This document shows positions 51,401 to 62,650 of a stretch of 64,000 nucleotides of DNA, in pieces. A model generated the notes under the pieces. The model saw nothing but the letters and a program-made list of their open reading frames with translations. It had not been told where the DNA came from and made no database searches. Positions within the stretch are counted from its first letter, which is position 1. Every line of letters starts with the position of its first letter. This DNA is from Cetorhinus maximus (taxonomy: Eukaryota). Made by a program: the position numbers and the translations under genes. Where the stretch lies: assembly GCF_964194155.1 (NCBI RefSeq), contig NC_135891.1, forward strand, positions 104,966,001 through 105,030,000, in the 5' to 3' direction.

Positions 51401-54400
51401 GGCAAGTACAGTGCTGATTAATGTTACTGATGTAGTCAGTTGCAATGGAACTATGGCCTCTCAAGTCAGGTGAAGAGGAGCTGTAGGTTGCATTGAAGCA
51501 TGTATCAAAACACCACTACTGGTTTCTTTGTGAAGTGTAGCCCCCACAAGCACTATGTCATGTGGAGGTAGGAGTGCCTGTCTGAATATTGCACTGCAGG
51601 TGTACTGGTGAGTCAATGTGATGCACCTTCATATGAATCATAGAAAATTCTGGCAAAGAAGGAAGTCATTCGGCCCAGTTTTCTGTGCCATCTGACCATG
51701 CAGCCAGGGCTGTCTATTTTATTCTGCCTCTACTTTTTCTGAAAAGTAATATGCAAGGAAAATCCCAATGGGAATTGGGTAGGTCAAGGGGATGGGAGAC
51801 CAGTAGCAGAAGATAAATGATAGCGCAATTAATAACAAAAGGGTCCAATAATGAATATTAGCTGAGAAGTAAACTTTGTTTAAAATACCTATATTGGGCC
51901 TTTCGAATCAACTTCCATCTTTGTGTCACAACCTAGCAACACTGGATGACAGCTTTAAATTTTCAGGATTGATACTCATCTTTAATGAGATGGCAATGGC
52001 AGAAAATGTGATATATGGCATTACTATGTCATTATTGCCTCAGCTGAATGTTCCTGACCCACGTATGGTAAACACTTCAGTTGCCAGCCGCATGCGACAT
52101 AAGGGTGAATATGCAGACAGGGAGCCAATGCAATGCACTCCCACCTAGACAACACCTGGACCTCAGGCAGAAACACTCGAAGATCCAGATTTACATTGAA
52201 AATGAGCAGACAAGGTGAGGTAGGTCAGAAAGTAGTTATTTAGATGATGCAATCTCCTCAAGATTGCAAAAAGAACTGAATGCCGAGGAAGCTCATAAGT
52301 TCCACAATTCTGAGGTCTTGAGAAAGAACTAGTTAGCATTTCAATTCCGGTTTCAACAGAAATGAGAAATTGGGTTTATCGTGAACATAAAAATAAGTAA
52401 ATTGATTTCCCTTAAATATCAAGGCAAATGACTATTCACACCTCCTTCTGTCTGAAGGTTGCATCCAACTGATGGGAGGAGCTCTGACTGTTCAGGCTTA
52501 TGCTTCACATTCCATCTGGATTGGTTTAAACATAAACATTTCCCCTTTCTCATATCTGTTCATCTTTTCTTCAGAATAGAATCAGTACCCCTCTGGAAAC
52601 CACAGTTGGGTGATTCAACCAAGGACACTGATGTCATACCCACTGACAGTAGTTACTTGGCACTATATATAAGAGAAATCCCCTCACCCATTAAAGAAAT
52701 GCAATAAACCCAATTTATGTCGGTTGACATGAAAGGCCATACAGAAATAAATCAGTCTTTGTTACCATAAGACAGTTTTTCTTCACCTTGTAATTAAAAG
52801 TAATTAAAATTGCTTTTTCTGCATGTCTGCATGTACAGTGGACATGTGAATAGGTTTGTGGCACAGAAAATTAGAGTATAAAAAACAGATTAAACACATG
52901 GTAGCAAGGTAATGCGCCATTAAATTCACGTGTAATTCTCGGTTGACAGTTATTGCTGTTGCTCGACACAAGCTTTCAAAATCCTGAAAAGAAACTCAAA
53001 TCTTTCACTATCTTGTATCAATTGCAGCTTTGCAGAATGGCAAACAACCTCAAGTAACCCTCAAGGGTCTAATAGCTTCTGGTTTCGGTTCCATTTCTTT
53101 TTCCGCACTTCCTCCAATTTCAAAAATAACCCTTTTAAAATGTTTAATCTAATAAGATCTCGAGCACCAAATGGATCTACTGTCTAGGCAGCATTAAGAA
53201 GATACCGACCAGCACGGGAATTTCTGACCTCATTTCAGTCAATAAAGGATTGTTTGACTCGTATAGGCACATCAATTCCCTTAAGCAATGCTTCCAGTGT
53301 TTCAGAATTTCTTAAGTATGCAGCCCCATAACATAATTAATTATTTACCGGGATGCATGGCTCCACATTCCCTATTAGTTAAAACGAGGTTATCTTAATG
53401 CCTCCAGAAGCTAATTCCATAAACAAAGTGGCTAATGGCAACACTCTCCCAAAATAAAATTCCTGTAAGTGCTTCTATTATTAACTTCAGGCCCTGAAAT
53501 TTATAGAAGTGAGTGGTGATGGCGAAGGAGAATCGAACTTTTGCACTCATTAATAAAAACAGACTGACAAAGGCCAGGGACTATTTGGTTTTGTGTTAAC
53601 TGCAGAGTTTGCTTACTATGCCCTGATAATATACCTTGATGCATGTCTCAAACAATATAGTTCTCAATGTTTGCCCCTGAGGGAAAGGTCAGTCACTACG
53701 ATCGTGACATTAGCAACCAACCTGGGACAATACAATCAAGGGTTGAACTATTAGATTTCTATAATAATAATAATATTATTATATACACACACAAATTTTA
53801 AAGTGTTTTTTGAACCCACACCCACCTCAAAAAATAGCTCAGCTGGTGAATGCACCATTGGTTACTGAGTAACAGAAAACTGGAAGGTCCTCAGCTTTTA
53901 CTGACCTCAGCTGATGGTAGTGGGATTAGTTAAATTTGTTGCAAATTTCCCTCGTGCCAGTTTGGTTCACATGTTGCATGTTACAATGTGTTTCGCTGAT
54001 GTAGGGGGGCTTGAATCTTCTAAACTGGACAAGGGTGGTGGTGAGGATGAGGGAGCAGCTATTGATGAATGCGTTTTCAACTGAACCAAATGGGCACTAG
54101 GGAAATTGGCAACAAAATGAATAACCTTTTGAAGTTTTAACACATAGTTATTTGCCTTAAATTCAGCATCACAGGCAACTCTCACAAGACATTGTTCCCC
54201 ATGAGTCAGAGCATGGCTTTACTTGCCCAAAATCTTTGTCAAAATTAATCCTCATCATTGCATTTCGGCTTCCTGGATATATCATGTGTCACTGAGTGGC
54301 TTCCTCAACTTTGAAAAAGTAGGAGGATAAAACACTATCAGACAATGGCTAAGACGACACGCTAGATAGATGTAGTGAACAATAAATAAATGTTTGAATG

Positions 54401-54520
54401 ACAGCAAGAACAAGCAATGCATTTGCAGTAATTATATACTCACCTGCACTTCATCATGAAATTGGAAATAACAAAGTTGCTTTTGCTATGAACATGGTTA
54501 CCAAATAGTCTTCAAATGAT

Positions 54521-54712
54521 AAAAGCAAAGAACTGCGGATGCTGGAAATCCAAAACAAAAACAGAAACAGAAATACCTGGAAAAACTCAGCAGGTCTGGC
54601 AGCATCGGCGGAGAAGAGCACAGTTGACGTTTCGAGTCCTCATGACCCAAAGGGTCATGAGGACTCGAAACGTCAACTGTGCTCTTCTCCGTCGATGCTG
54701 CCAGACCTGCTG
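54521..54712. mobile_element. Fold-back Penelope-like terminal element, 64-bp arms, 14-bp TSD
   Basis: TSD AGTCTTCAAATGAT at 54507-54520 and 54713-54726. Arms 54585-54648 and 54652-54715 have one mismatch at a CpG. Stem II GGGTC ATGAG GACTC plus GAAACGTC is retained, but the CUGANGA core is lost at the fold. Confidence 0.85.
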
Positions 54713-55884
54713 AGTCTTCAAATGATGGTTCACTGCTGACATTCAGTGGAGTTTCTGGCCTACCCCTATCCTTGATGGTTTCAAACCGGCTGCTGGTTGG
54801 CAGAAGTCAGCACCAAATTCTTTGCACGTACACTGGAACAAAACACTCCTTCAGAAAAGGTATCTCCTAAACTCTATCAAAGCTGCCAACTTTAAAAGAT
54901 GTTTGTATTTACATTGTGTATCTTGGCCCACCACCCACAAGCAAATTAACCTGTCCAACCTGATTGTCATTGGAATAATCTGTCAGCCTCTTGTCAGCAC
55001 AGCATTTGCACACAATGAATCAAAGTAGCAAATTCAGAGCAACACCACGAACAAATAGGTTGATTGGTAATTCATCTCTTTTGCTGGTCTTGGGAGTTTG
55101 TTGTGTGCAAAATAACTACTGAATTCATCCAAAGAGTAACAGTGGATGCCCTTCAAGAATAATTGATCATATTTGTGAAGTACTTTGAGAGTCATGACAG
55201 GCCTGATAGAATACAGATTAGTTATTTTGCAGGTAACACCATTGTAAGAAAACACTCCTCATGACCAACATGGAATTCAGATCTAAACTAAGCATTTTGA
55301 TATTTAAGGTTTAACAGTTCTTTGCAAAAAAACTAGCTGACTTCTCAAGGTGCTTGTCATGGATAGTCTGGGGGCCACTTTATCCCAGCACTGGCGGCTG
55401 TGCCTTCAGCTGACTAAACAGTATGCACGAAAATTCCTTCACTAAACCACCCCCCCCCCCGCCCCCCAACCCCCTTCACCATTCAGTTTACCCCGTTAAC
55501 TAGTATTTTTGGTTACCCTCTCTTTTGTGTTCATTTTTGTCTGGATTAACCTCTAGAGCATGCTGGGACATTATTGATGTTAAAGTTGTGACACAAATGC
55601 AAGTTCTGACGGTTGGTTGCCATTCCTGCCTTAGGTACACTGTTGGAATGCTGTCTAAATAGGTTTTGCGGTCAATTTAAGGCTAATTACTGTTATTGAA
55701 AGTTTCTCTGACTTGACAGCTGCTTGTGGAGGTGTCAGGCTATCTCAAGATCAACATTCGAGGAGAAAATAATTGGGCTTTGTTCTCCCTTTGAATGTTT
55801 TCAAAAAGATGATTCAGTTGCAATTTGTTGGTGTTTTGCACAAAGTGTGATTTTTGGCATGTGATAGATGCTACATTAAGAGGA

Positions 55885-58800
55885 TTACATCATATATAGG
55901 GCACAGTAACAGGCCATTCAGCCCAACCAGTTCATGCTGGTGTTTATGCTCCCCTGGAGTCTCCTCACATCTTTACTCATCTAAATCTACCATGGTAACC
56001 CTCTATTCCCTTCTCCCTCCTATGATTGTCTAGTTTCACCTTATATGCATCTGTACTATTCATTTCAACCACTTCCTGTGGTAGCGAGTTCCATATTCTT
56101 ACCCCTACTTGAGTGAAGAAGTTTCTTCTGAATTCCCAATGGATTTCTTGCTGACCATAAGACCATAAGACATAGGAGCAGAAATTAGGCCATTCGGCCC
56201 ATCGAGCCATTCAATCATGGCTGATAAGTTTCTCAACCCCATTCTCCCGCCTTCTCCCCGTAACTTTTGATCCCCTTACCAATCAAGAACCTATCTATCT
56301 CGGTCTTAAATACAGTCAATGACCTGTCCTCCACAGCCTTCTGTGGCAATGAATTCCATAGATTCACCACTTGCTGACTAAAGAAGTTTCTCCTCATCTC
56401 TGTTCTAAAAGGTCTTCCCTTTACTCTGAGGCTGTGCCCTTGGGTCCTAGTCTCTCCTACTAATGGAAACATCTTCCCCACGTCCACTCTATCCAGGCCT
56501 TTCAGTATTCTGTAAGTTTCAATCAGATCCCCCCCTCATCCTTCTAAACTCCATCGAGTATAGACCCAGAATCCTCAGACGTTCCTCATATGCTAAGCCT
56601 TTCATTCCTGGGATCATTCTCGTGAACCTCCTCTGGACCCTCTCCAGGGCCAGAACATCCTTCCTGAGATACAGGGACCAAAATTGCTCACAATATTCTA
56701 AATGTGGTCTGACCAGAGCCTTAAAAAGCCTCAGCAGCACATCCCTGCTTTTATATTCTAGTCCTCTGGAAATAAATGCCAACATTGCATTTGCCTTCCT
56801 AACTACAGACTCAACCTGCAAGTTAACCTTAAGAGAATCCTGGACTAGGATTCCCAAGGCCCTTTGCACTCCAGATTTCTGAATTCTCTCCCCATTTAGA
56901 AAATAGTCCATGCCTCTATTCTTCCTACCAAAGTGCATGACCTCACACTTCCCCACATTGTATTCCATCTGCCACTTCTTTGCCCATTCTCCTAACCTGT
57001 CCAAATCCTTCTGCAGCCTCCCTGCCTCCTCAATACTACCTGTCCCTCCACCTATCTTTGTATCATCTGCAAACTTAGCCAGGATGCCCTCAGTTCCTTC
57101 ATCTAGATCATTAATGTATAAAGTGAAAAGTTGTGGTCCCAACACTGACCCCTGCGGAACTCCACTAGTCACCGGCCGCCATCCTGAGAAGGACCACCTT
57201 ACCCCCACTCTCTGCCTCCTGCTAGACAGCCAATCTTTTATCCATGCTAGTACCTTGCCTCTAACACCATGGGCTCTTATCTTACTGAGCAGCCTCCTGT
57301 GCGGCGCCTTGTCAAAGGCCTTCTGGAAGTCCAACTAGATAACATCCATAGGCTCTCCTTTGTCTAACCTACTCGTTACCTCCTCAAAGAATTCTAACAG
57401 ATTTGTCAGGCATGACCTCCCCTTGATGAAACCATGCTGACTTTGCCCTATTTTACCATGCACTTCCAAGTATTCTGAAATCTCATCCTTAATAATGGAC
57501 TCTAAGATCTTACCAACGACCGAGGTCAGGCTAATCGGCCTGTAATTTCCCATCTTTTGCCTCACTCCCTTCTTAAACAGGGGGGTTACATAAGTGATTT
57601 TCCAGTCCTCTGGGACCCTCCCTCATTCGAGTGATTCCTGAAAGATCACCATAATGCCTCCACTATCTCTTCAGCTATCTCCTTCAGAACTCTGGGGTGT
57701 AATCCATCTGGTCCAGGTGATTTATCCACCTTCAGACCTTTCAGTTTTCCTAGCACCTTCTCCTTGGTAATGGCCACAATACTCACCTCTGCCCCCCGAC
57801 TCTCTTGAACTTTGGGGATGTCACTCGTGTCTTCCACTGTGAAGACTGACGCAAAGTACTGAATATCTTATATTGATCACCTCCAGTTAAGCTCTTTCCC
57901 ACAAGAGGAAATAGTCTCTCTGTATCCACTCTTTCGAAACCTTGCATAATTTTAAAGACCTCTATTAGGTCACCCCTTAGTCTTCTTTATCGAGAGAAGA
58001 CTTAGCCTGTCAATAATTTCCTGCTATGTCTACACATGCATGTTTGGTATCATTCTTATAAATCTTCTCTGCACCTTCTTCTAATCCTTTTTGTAATATG
58101 ACGGCCAGAGCTGCACGCATTACTCTAAGTGTTGTCTAACAAAGGTTCATTACAAGTTTAGCAGAACTTCCCTACTTTTCAATTCTATCCTTCTAGAAAT
58201 AAAGATTAGTGCTTGTTCTGTTTTTTATGGCCTTGCTAACCTATGGTGTAACTTTCAGTGATTGATGTATTAGTACTCCAAGATCTCCTTATTCTTCTAT
58301 TCCACCTAGACTTGCACCTTCTAAGCAATAAGTGACCTCCCTATTTTTCCTACCGAAAATGTACTACCTCACATTTATGTGAACTTCATTTGCCAATTAT
58401 TTGCCCATTCTACAAGGCCATTAATGTCCTGTTGGAACTTTTTGCAGTCCTCGACAGTATTGACTAGCCCCATAATTTGGTGTCATCTGCGAATTTAGGA
58501 ATTGTGTTTTTGATCCCAAGGTCCAAATTGTTAATGTGAATTGTGAACAACAGTGGTCCCAGCACTAATCCTTGTGAAACACTACTTACCACCTTCTGCC
58601 ACTCTGAATAATTTACTGTTTATTCCCACTCTCTGCATTCTGTCATGAAGCCAGCTAGCAATCCACTTGTCCCCTGGCTCTACGTTCTCTGACCTTATTC
58701 ATTAGTCTATTATTGGGCACCTTATCAAAAACTTTTTGAAAATCCAGATAACTTGCATCGACTGCATTACCATTGTCTAATCCCTTTGTTACCTCCTCAA

Positions 58801-59020
58801 AAAATTCAATAAGGTTGGTCAAGCCAGATTTTCCTTTTGAAATCCATGCTGACTATTCATTATTATATTCTCATTTCTAGATGTTCTCCTAGTTTCTCCT
58901 TTAGTAAGGATTCCATTATATTTCCTACCACTAATGTTAAGCTGACTGGTCTATAATTCCCTAGGCATGTTCCGTACCCCTTCTTACATATGGAAATACC
59001 ATTAGATACCTGCCTGTCAA
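55885..59020 (-). mobile_element. Older CR1 LINE (RT to 3' end) interrupted by a younger CR1
   Basis: NYRPVSLTLVVGNIMES (58863-59066), decayed RT in 57860-58860, and 3' part EFRRNFFTQ...WNSLP (55977-56150). The sequence is continuous across the 56155-57858 insertion. Confidence 0.85.
56155..57858 (-). mobile_element. Younger 5'-truncated CR1 LINE with (TCTTATGG)n tail
   Basis: ORFs 57646-57837, 57335-57565, 56519-57334 (DFQKAFD, GVPQGSVLGP, FADDTK) and 56233-56487; tail ACCATAAGACCATAAGACATAGG on +. Confidence 0.93.
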
Positions 59021-60090
59021 CACTGTCACTTAAATAAAGACTAGCCAACCTAATGTGGCATTGCACATAGCAAGTCAGATAATGCGGTCTCTCCTCCTAT
59101 CTGTCACTATTGTCTTTATGTTGATGTTTTCTCTCATTTCTCCTTTCCTGCTTCTGACTCTCTCCTTCTGTTCCATCTTTCTACTTCTTCCTTTTGCTTC
59201 TCTCTGTCTTTTTATTCCTTCATTGCAGGTGGGATAGTGGGGTGACATGGTATAGTATTGCAGAGAAGGGACACAGCAATGGTTGCAGGCTACATTTAGG
59301 GCGAGGGCTGGGAGGAAAGTTAGCCATCAGTGGCTCCCTCTCATCCCCTTCCTCATTACTCAAGCTTCCCCTAGCATATTGTTCCCAATGTGTCCCTGAG
59401 TCCTCACCTTCCCACTACACACCCCATTTTCTACCACGCTCCCACTTCCACTAGTACCCTTACCTCTTCCCTCAACTTCTCCTTGCTTTGATTTTACTTA
59501 CCCTACACTTCAGCCTTTATTCACTACCTCCCACCTCCAATAGCTGGCCTAAAGAGCAGGTGGTGTGACTTCAAGCACCCATTCACCTTCAAAGTGCTTT
59601 GCTCCTCCTTTTCTTTCCTTTGTTTTCCCCATATGTTTTATTTGCTTTCGAAATTCAAACATTTTTTTTCTTTAAGAAATCAAGTTAGAATGAGGAAAGA
59701 TATTGGATTGAATTTTAATCACAGAATTGTTCACAAAATCACAAAATTGTTACAGTACAGAAGGAGACCATTCAACCCATCATGTCTGTACCCGCTCTCC
59801 GGATGGGCAATTCACCTAGTGCCATTCTCCCACCTTCTCCTGTGACATCTGAGTTCACAAAAAGAAAGCCAAATAGATGGAGGATTGAGCAGAAGCAACT
59901 AAAAACAATCCTAGGAAAATATGAAGAGGCAATTTTTTTTGTTGGGTGGGGCAACTAATGCAGCACGGGCAAAGTAAAGCAGGAATAACAATCTTTTTGG
60001 GTATTGATGAGAAAGAAGAAAAGTGCTGCAACCCTATGAAACCACTCAGCAAATTGTATTTAACTTTAACATAGGAGGTACCGGTAACGT

Positions 60091-60227
60091 GTAGGGAACC
60101 TCAGTGAGGGGCTGGTAGTCTGTAGAGAACCTCAGTGAGGGGCTGGTAGTCTGTAGGGAACCTCAGTGAGGGGCTGGTAGCATGTAGAGAACCTCAGTGA
60201 AGGTGCTGGTAGCATCTAGGGAACCTG
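60091..60227. repeat. Minisatellite, 31-bp unit, about 4.4 copies
   Basis: GTAG(G/A)GAACCTCAGTGAGGGGCTGGTAG(TCT/CAT); units start at 60091, 60122, 60153 and 60184. Confidence 0.9.
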
Positions 60228-60296
60228 GATGTTTCAGCAATGTACTTGTCAGTGGCTTTTTAAATGCAGCGATTGCATTAGCATCTGACTTTCAGG

Positions 60297-60650
60297 ATTT
60301 TTTTTTTCCTTTATTCTTTCATAGGATGTGGGCATCACTGGCAAGACTAGCACTTCCTGCCCATCCTTAATTGCCCTTGAACTGAATGACTTTCTAGACC
60401 AGTTCAGAGGGCAGTTAAGAGTCAACCACATTGCTGAGGCTCTGAAGTCACATGTAGGCCAGACCAGGTAAGGATGGCAGATTTCCTTCCCTAAAAGGAC
60501 ATTAGTGAACCAGATGGATTTTTACAACAATCGATGAAAGTTTCATGGTCACCATTACTGAAACCAGCTTTATATTCTAGATTTATGAACTGAATTTTTA
60601 AATTCCACCAGCTGCTGTGGTGAGATTTGAACCCATATCCCCAGAGAAAT
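60297..60650 (-). mobile_element. tRNA-headed SINE (head and body shared with the 8310-9060 LINE 5' end; tail shared with 24334-24682)
   Basis: Minus strand GGGTTCAAATCTCACCACAGCAGCTGG...TTTAGGGAAGGAAATCTGCCATCCTTACCTGGTCTGGCCTACATGTGAC...GGGCAATTAAGGATGGGCAG...CCCACATCC then poly(A). Confidence 0.8.
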
Positions 60651-60660
60651 TCTCTTCAGT

Positions 60661-62002
60661 GGGTAGCCTTGTCTCCGAGAAGCCAGGCACTATCTCTGCT
60701 TAGAGCCTTGACTGGTGCAGAGTGAAATCATCATGGTACAATGCACAAACTTACATGAGGATTATTTTGTGCTTGCACACAAGCTGCATATTGATGGAAT
60801 AGAAGCCTTTGGGGTTGATGAAGACTCCAGGATGATCTGGGGGCACCATGGTTGCCACATGGGTGGCAGTCAATGACTCCCCTGACCTGTGGGGAAGCTG
60901 GGCAGAGCTGCAAATAAAGCCAAGTCCCTCCTCAATCTGACTGGCCTCATCGGTTGCAGAGTGCACACAACTGCCGGCCCTGGCAAACGCTGGCATCAAT
61001 TACCTGTGAGGTGCTTTTGTGGGCAGCAGATTGCGGAATTCTGCAAATGTCTCCTGCGGATCCCTGGAAGGAGCCAGAGGCAGCGAAAGCAAGAGTGGCG
61101 GTGGCTTTGACAGCCACTGGCAATATGTGCCCACCTGGTCGGCTTGGCAGCAGGCTTTCCCACCCCACCCCCCCAACGCCCCGGAGGCTGCAAATGTTCA
61201 TGGCCATCTGATGTAATATTCTGAATCTCCTTAGGCACTGGAGTTCCGACATGTCCAGGAAGCTGATCATCTGCCTGTCAACCCTGTGTTGGTGTCGGGG
61301 TCGGGGTCGGGGTCAGGGGGGAACACTTCCTGTGTGCTGTGCCTCTGTGTCCATCCCTTCTCTTCCTCGGAGTGGCAAGCGGGTGAGAATAAAGCTCCTG
61401 TTGTTTCTGCTGCTAGTACTGCGCCTCCTGCTGATGCTATTGCTTCTGCTGCTCACCTTGGTTCTTGTCTGAGGTCCACGGTAAAGTTACATAAGCAGCA
61501 CCCGTACTGAACCGATGCTTGACTGGTGAGAGGTGTAGGTCAGACAAACAAAACCCCAAAGTAGTAGAAATGACCTCCAAAGCAGGGGAAGCACACTCTC
61601 AGAACAAGTCCTGTGAGCAAAGGTCTTTCACTTAGGCAAGGCAGCAGGTGGGAGGTCTCAACACTGAAAGGATTTTCTGTCTGTCACTTATTCATCCCCC
61701 TCAAATCCTATTGCTATCTCACCTTGCTTTCACTGACAAGATCCATGAAGCCCAGGAAACCCGTACAGCGTTAAAGGTCAAATGCACAGTTAAAAACAGC
61801 TATGAATGATTTTTATTAAATGCTATAATTGTCAACTCACCTCTCCCACCAGGCTTCCCAGTACACAGCCAAACCTCCTGAAGTTAAAGGCAAAAGTCGA
61901 TGAGTTGCTGCTGCTCGCTTCCCAAATCACTGTCAATTTCAACCCTTTTAACCAGTTACCCACTCCCAAACCCATTCACTTTTTCAAATTAAAGTTCACC
62001 CC
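60661..62002 (-). mobile_element. Truncated Harbinger element with decayed transposase N-terminal half
   Basis: SFLDMSELQCLRRFR...VAVKATATLAFAASGSFQGSAGDICRIPQSAAH (60947-61270); DCHP...FINPKGFYSINMQLVC (60731-60999); TIR-like terminus (reverse complement GGGGTGAACTTT) at 62002. Confidence 0.8.
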
Positions 62003-62234
62003 ATCCTGACTGTCTGCTGATCGTTCTCTTTCCCTCTCTGTCTCATGTGCTAGAAATCAGAGTCACTGGAGCAATTAGAGCACTCATCTTTCCTATCTTT
62101 CAAAACACAGGGGAGATAATTAATTGGCTTCAAAATTCAAGACGGGCTTTTGTTTTGAAAATTGAAATAACACTAAAATGAGGGAGAGCCTGTTATCTCA
62201 GCCTAATACACACTCTGAACGATGCAAGCCTACA

Positions 62235-62650
62235 ACCTACATTTATTTGGGCCCTTAAAGTACTAAAATGTCCCACGGTGGTTCACAGGAGTGTTACCAG
62301 GCAAAATTTAATTCCAAGCCACATGAAGAGATGTTAAGATAGGTCACCAAATCTTGGTCAAAGAGGTAGACATTAAGTAGCATCCTAAAGGAGGAGGGGA
62401 GTGGAAAGGGCAGAGGTTTAGGAAGATTATTCCAGAAGTTTAGAATCTAGGCAGCTGAAAGCACAGCTGCTGCTTGTGGAAATCAAATATGGACAAGAGG
62501 CCAGAATTAGAGTCATGCAGAGATCTCAAATGATTGTGGGGCTGGAGAAGTTTAGGGCAATAGGGAAGGCAGGGGGTGGCCATGAGAGGATCTGAACACT
62601 GGAATTAGAAAGTTTGCTAAATTTGAGGCATTGCTGGATCAGAAGCCATC
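62235..62650 (-). mobile_element. L2-type LINE 3' fragment
   Basis: Similar to 44490-45000; begins ACAACCTACATTTATTT on + (tail of the minus-strand element). Confidence 0.55.

Noticed and set aside
54441-54520. Strong minus-strand donor CAG|GTGAGT suggesting an upstream exon
   Set aside because: No suitable open frame or acceptor was identified; unsupported without transcript data.
60091-60227. CRISPR-like array
   Set aside because: Head-to-tail repeats with no unique spacers, in eukaryotic DNA with no cas genes.
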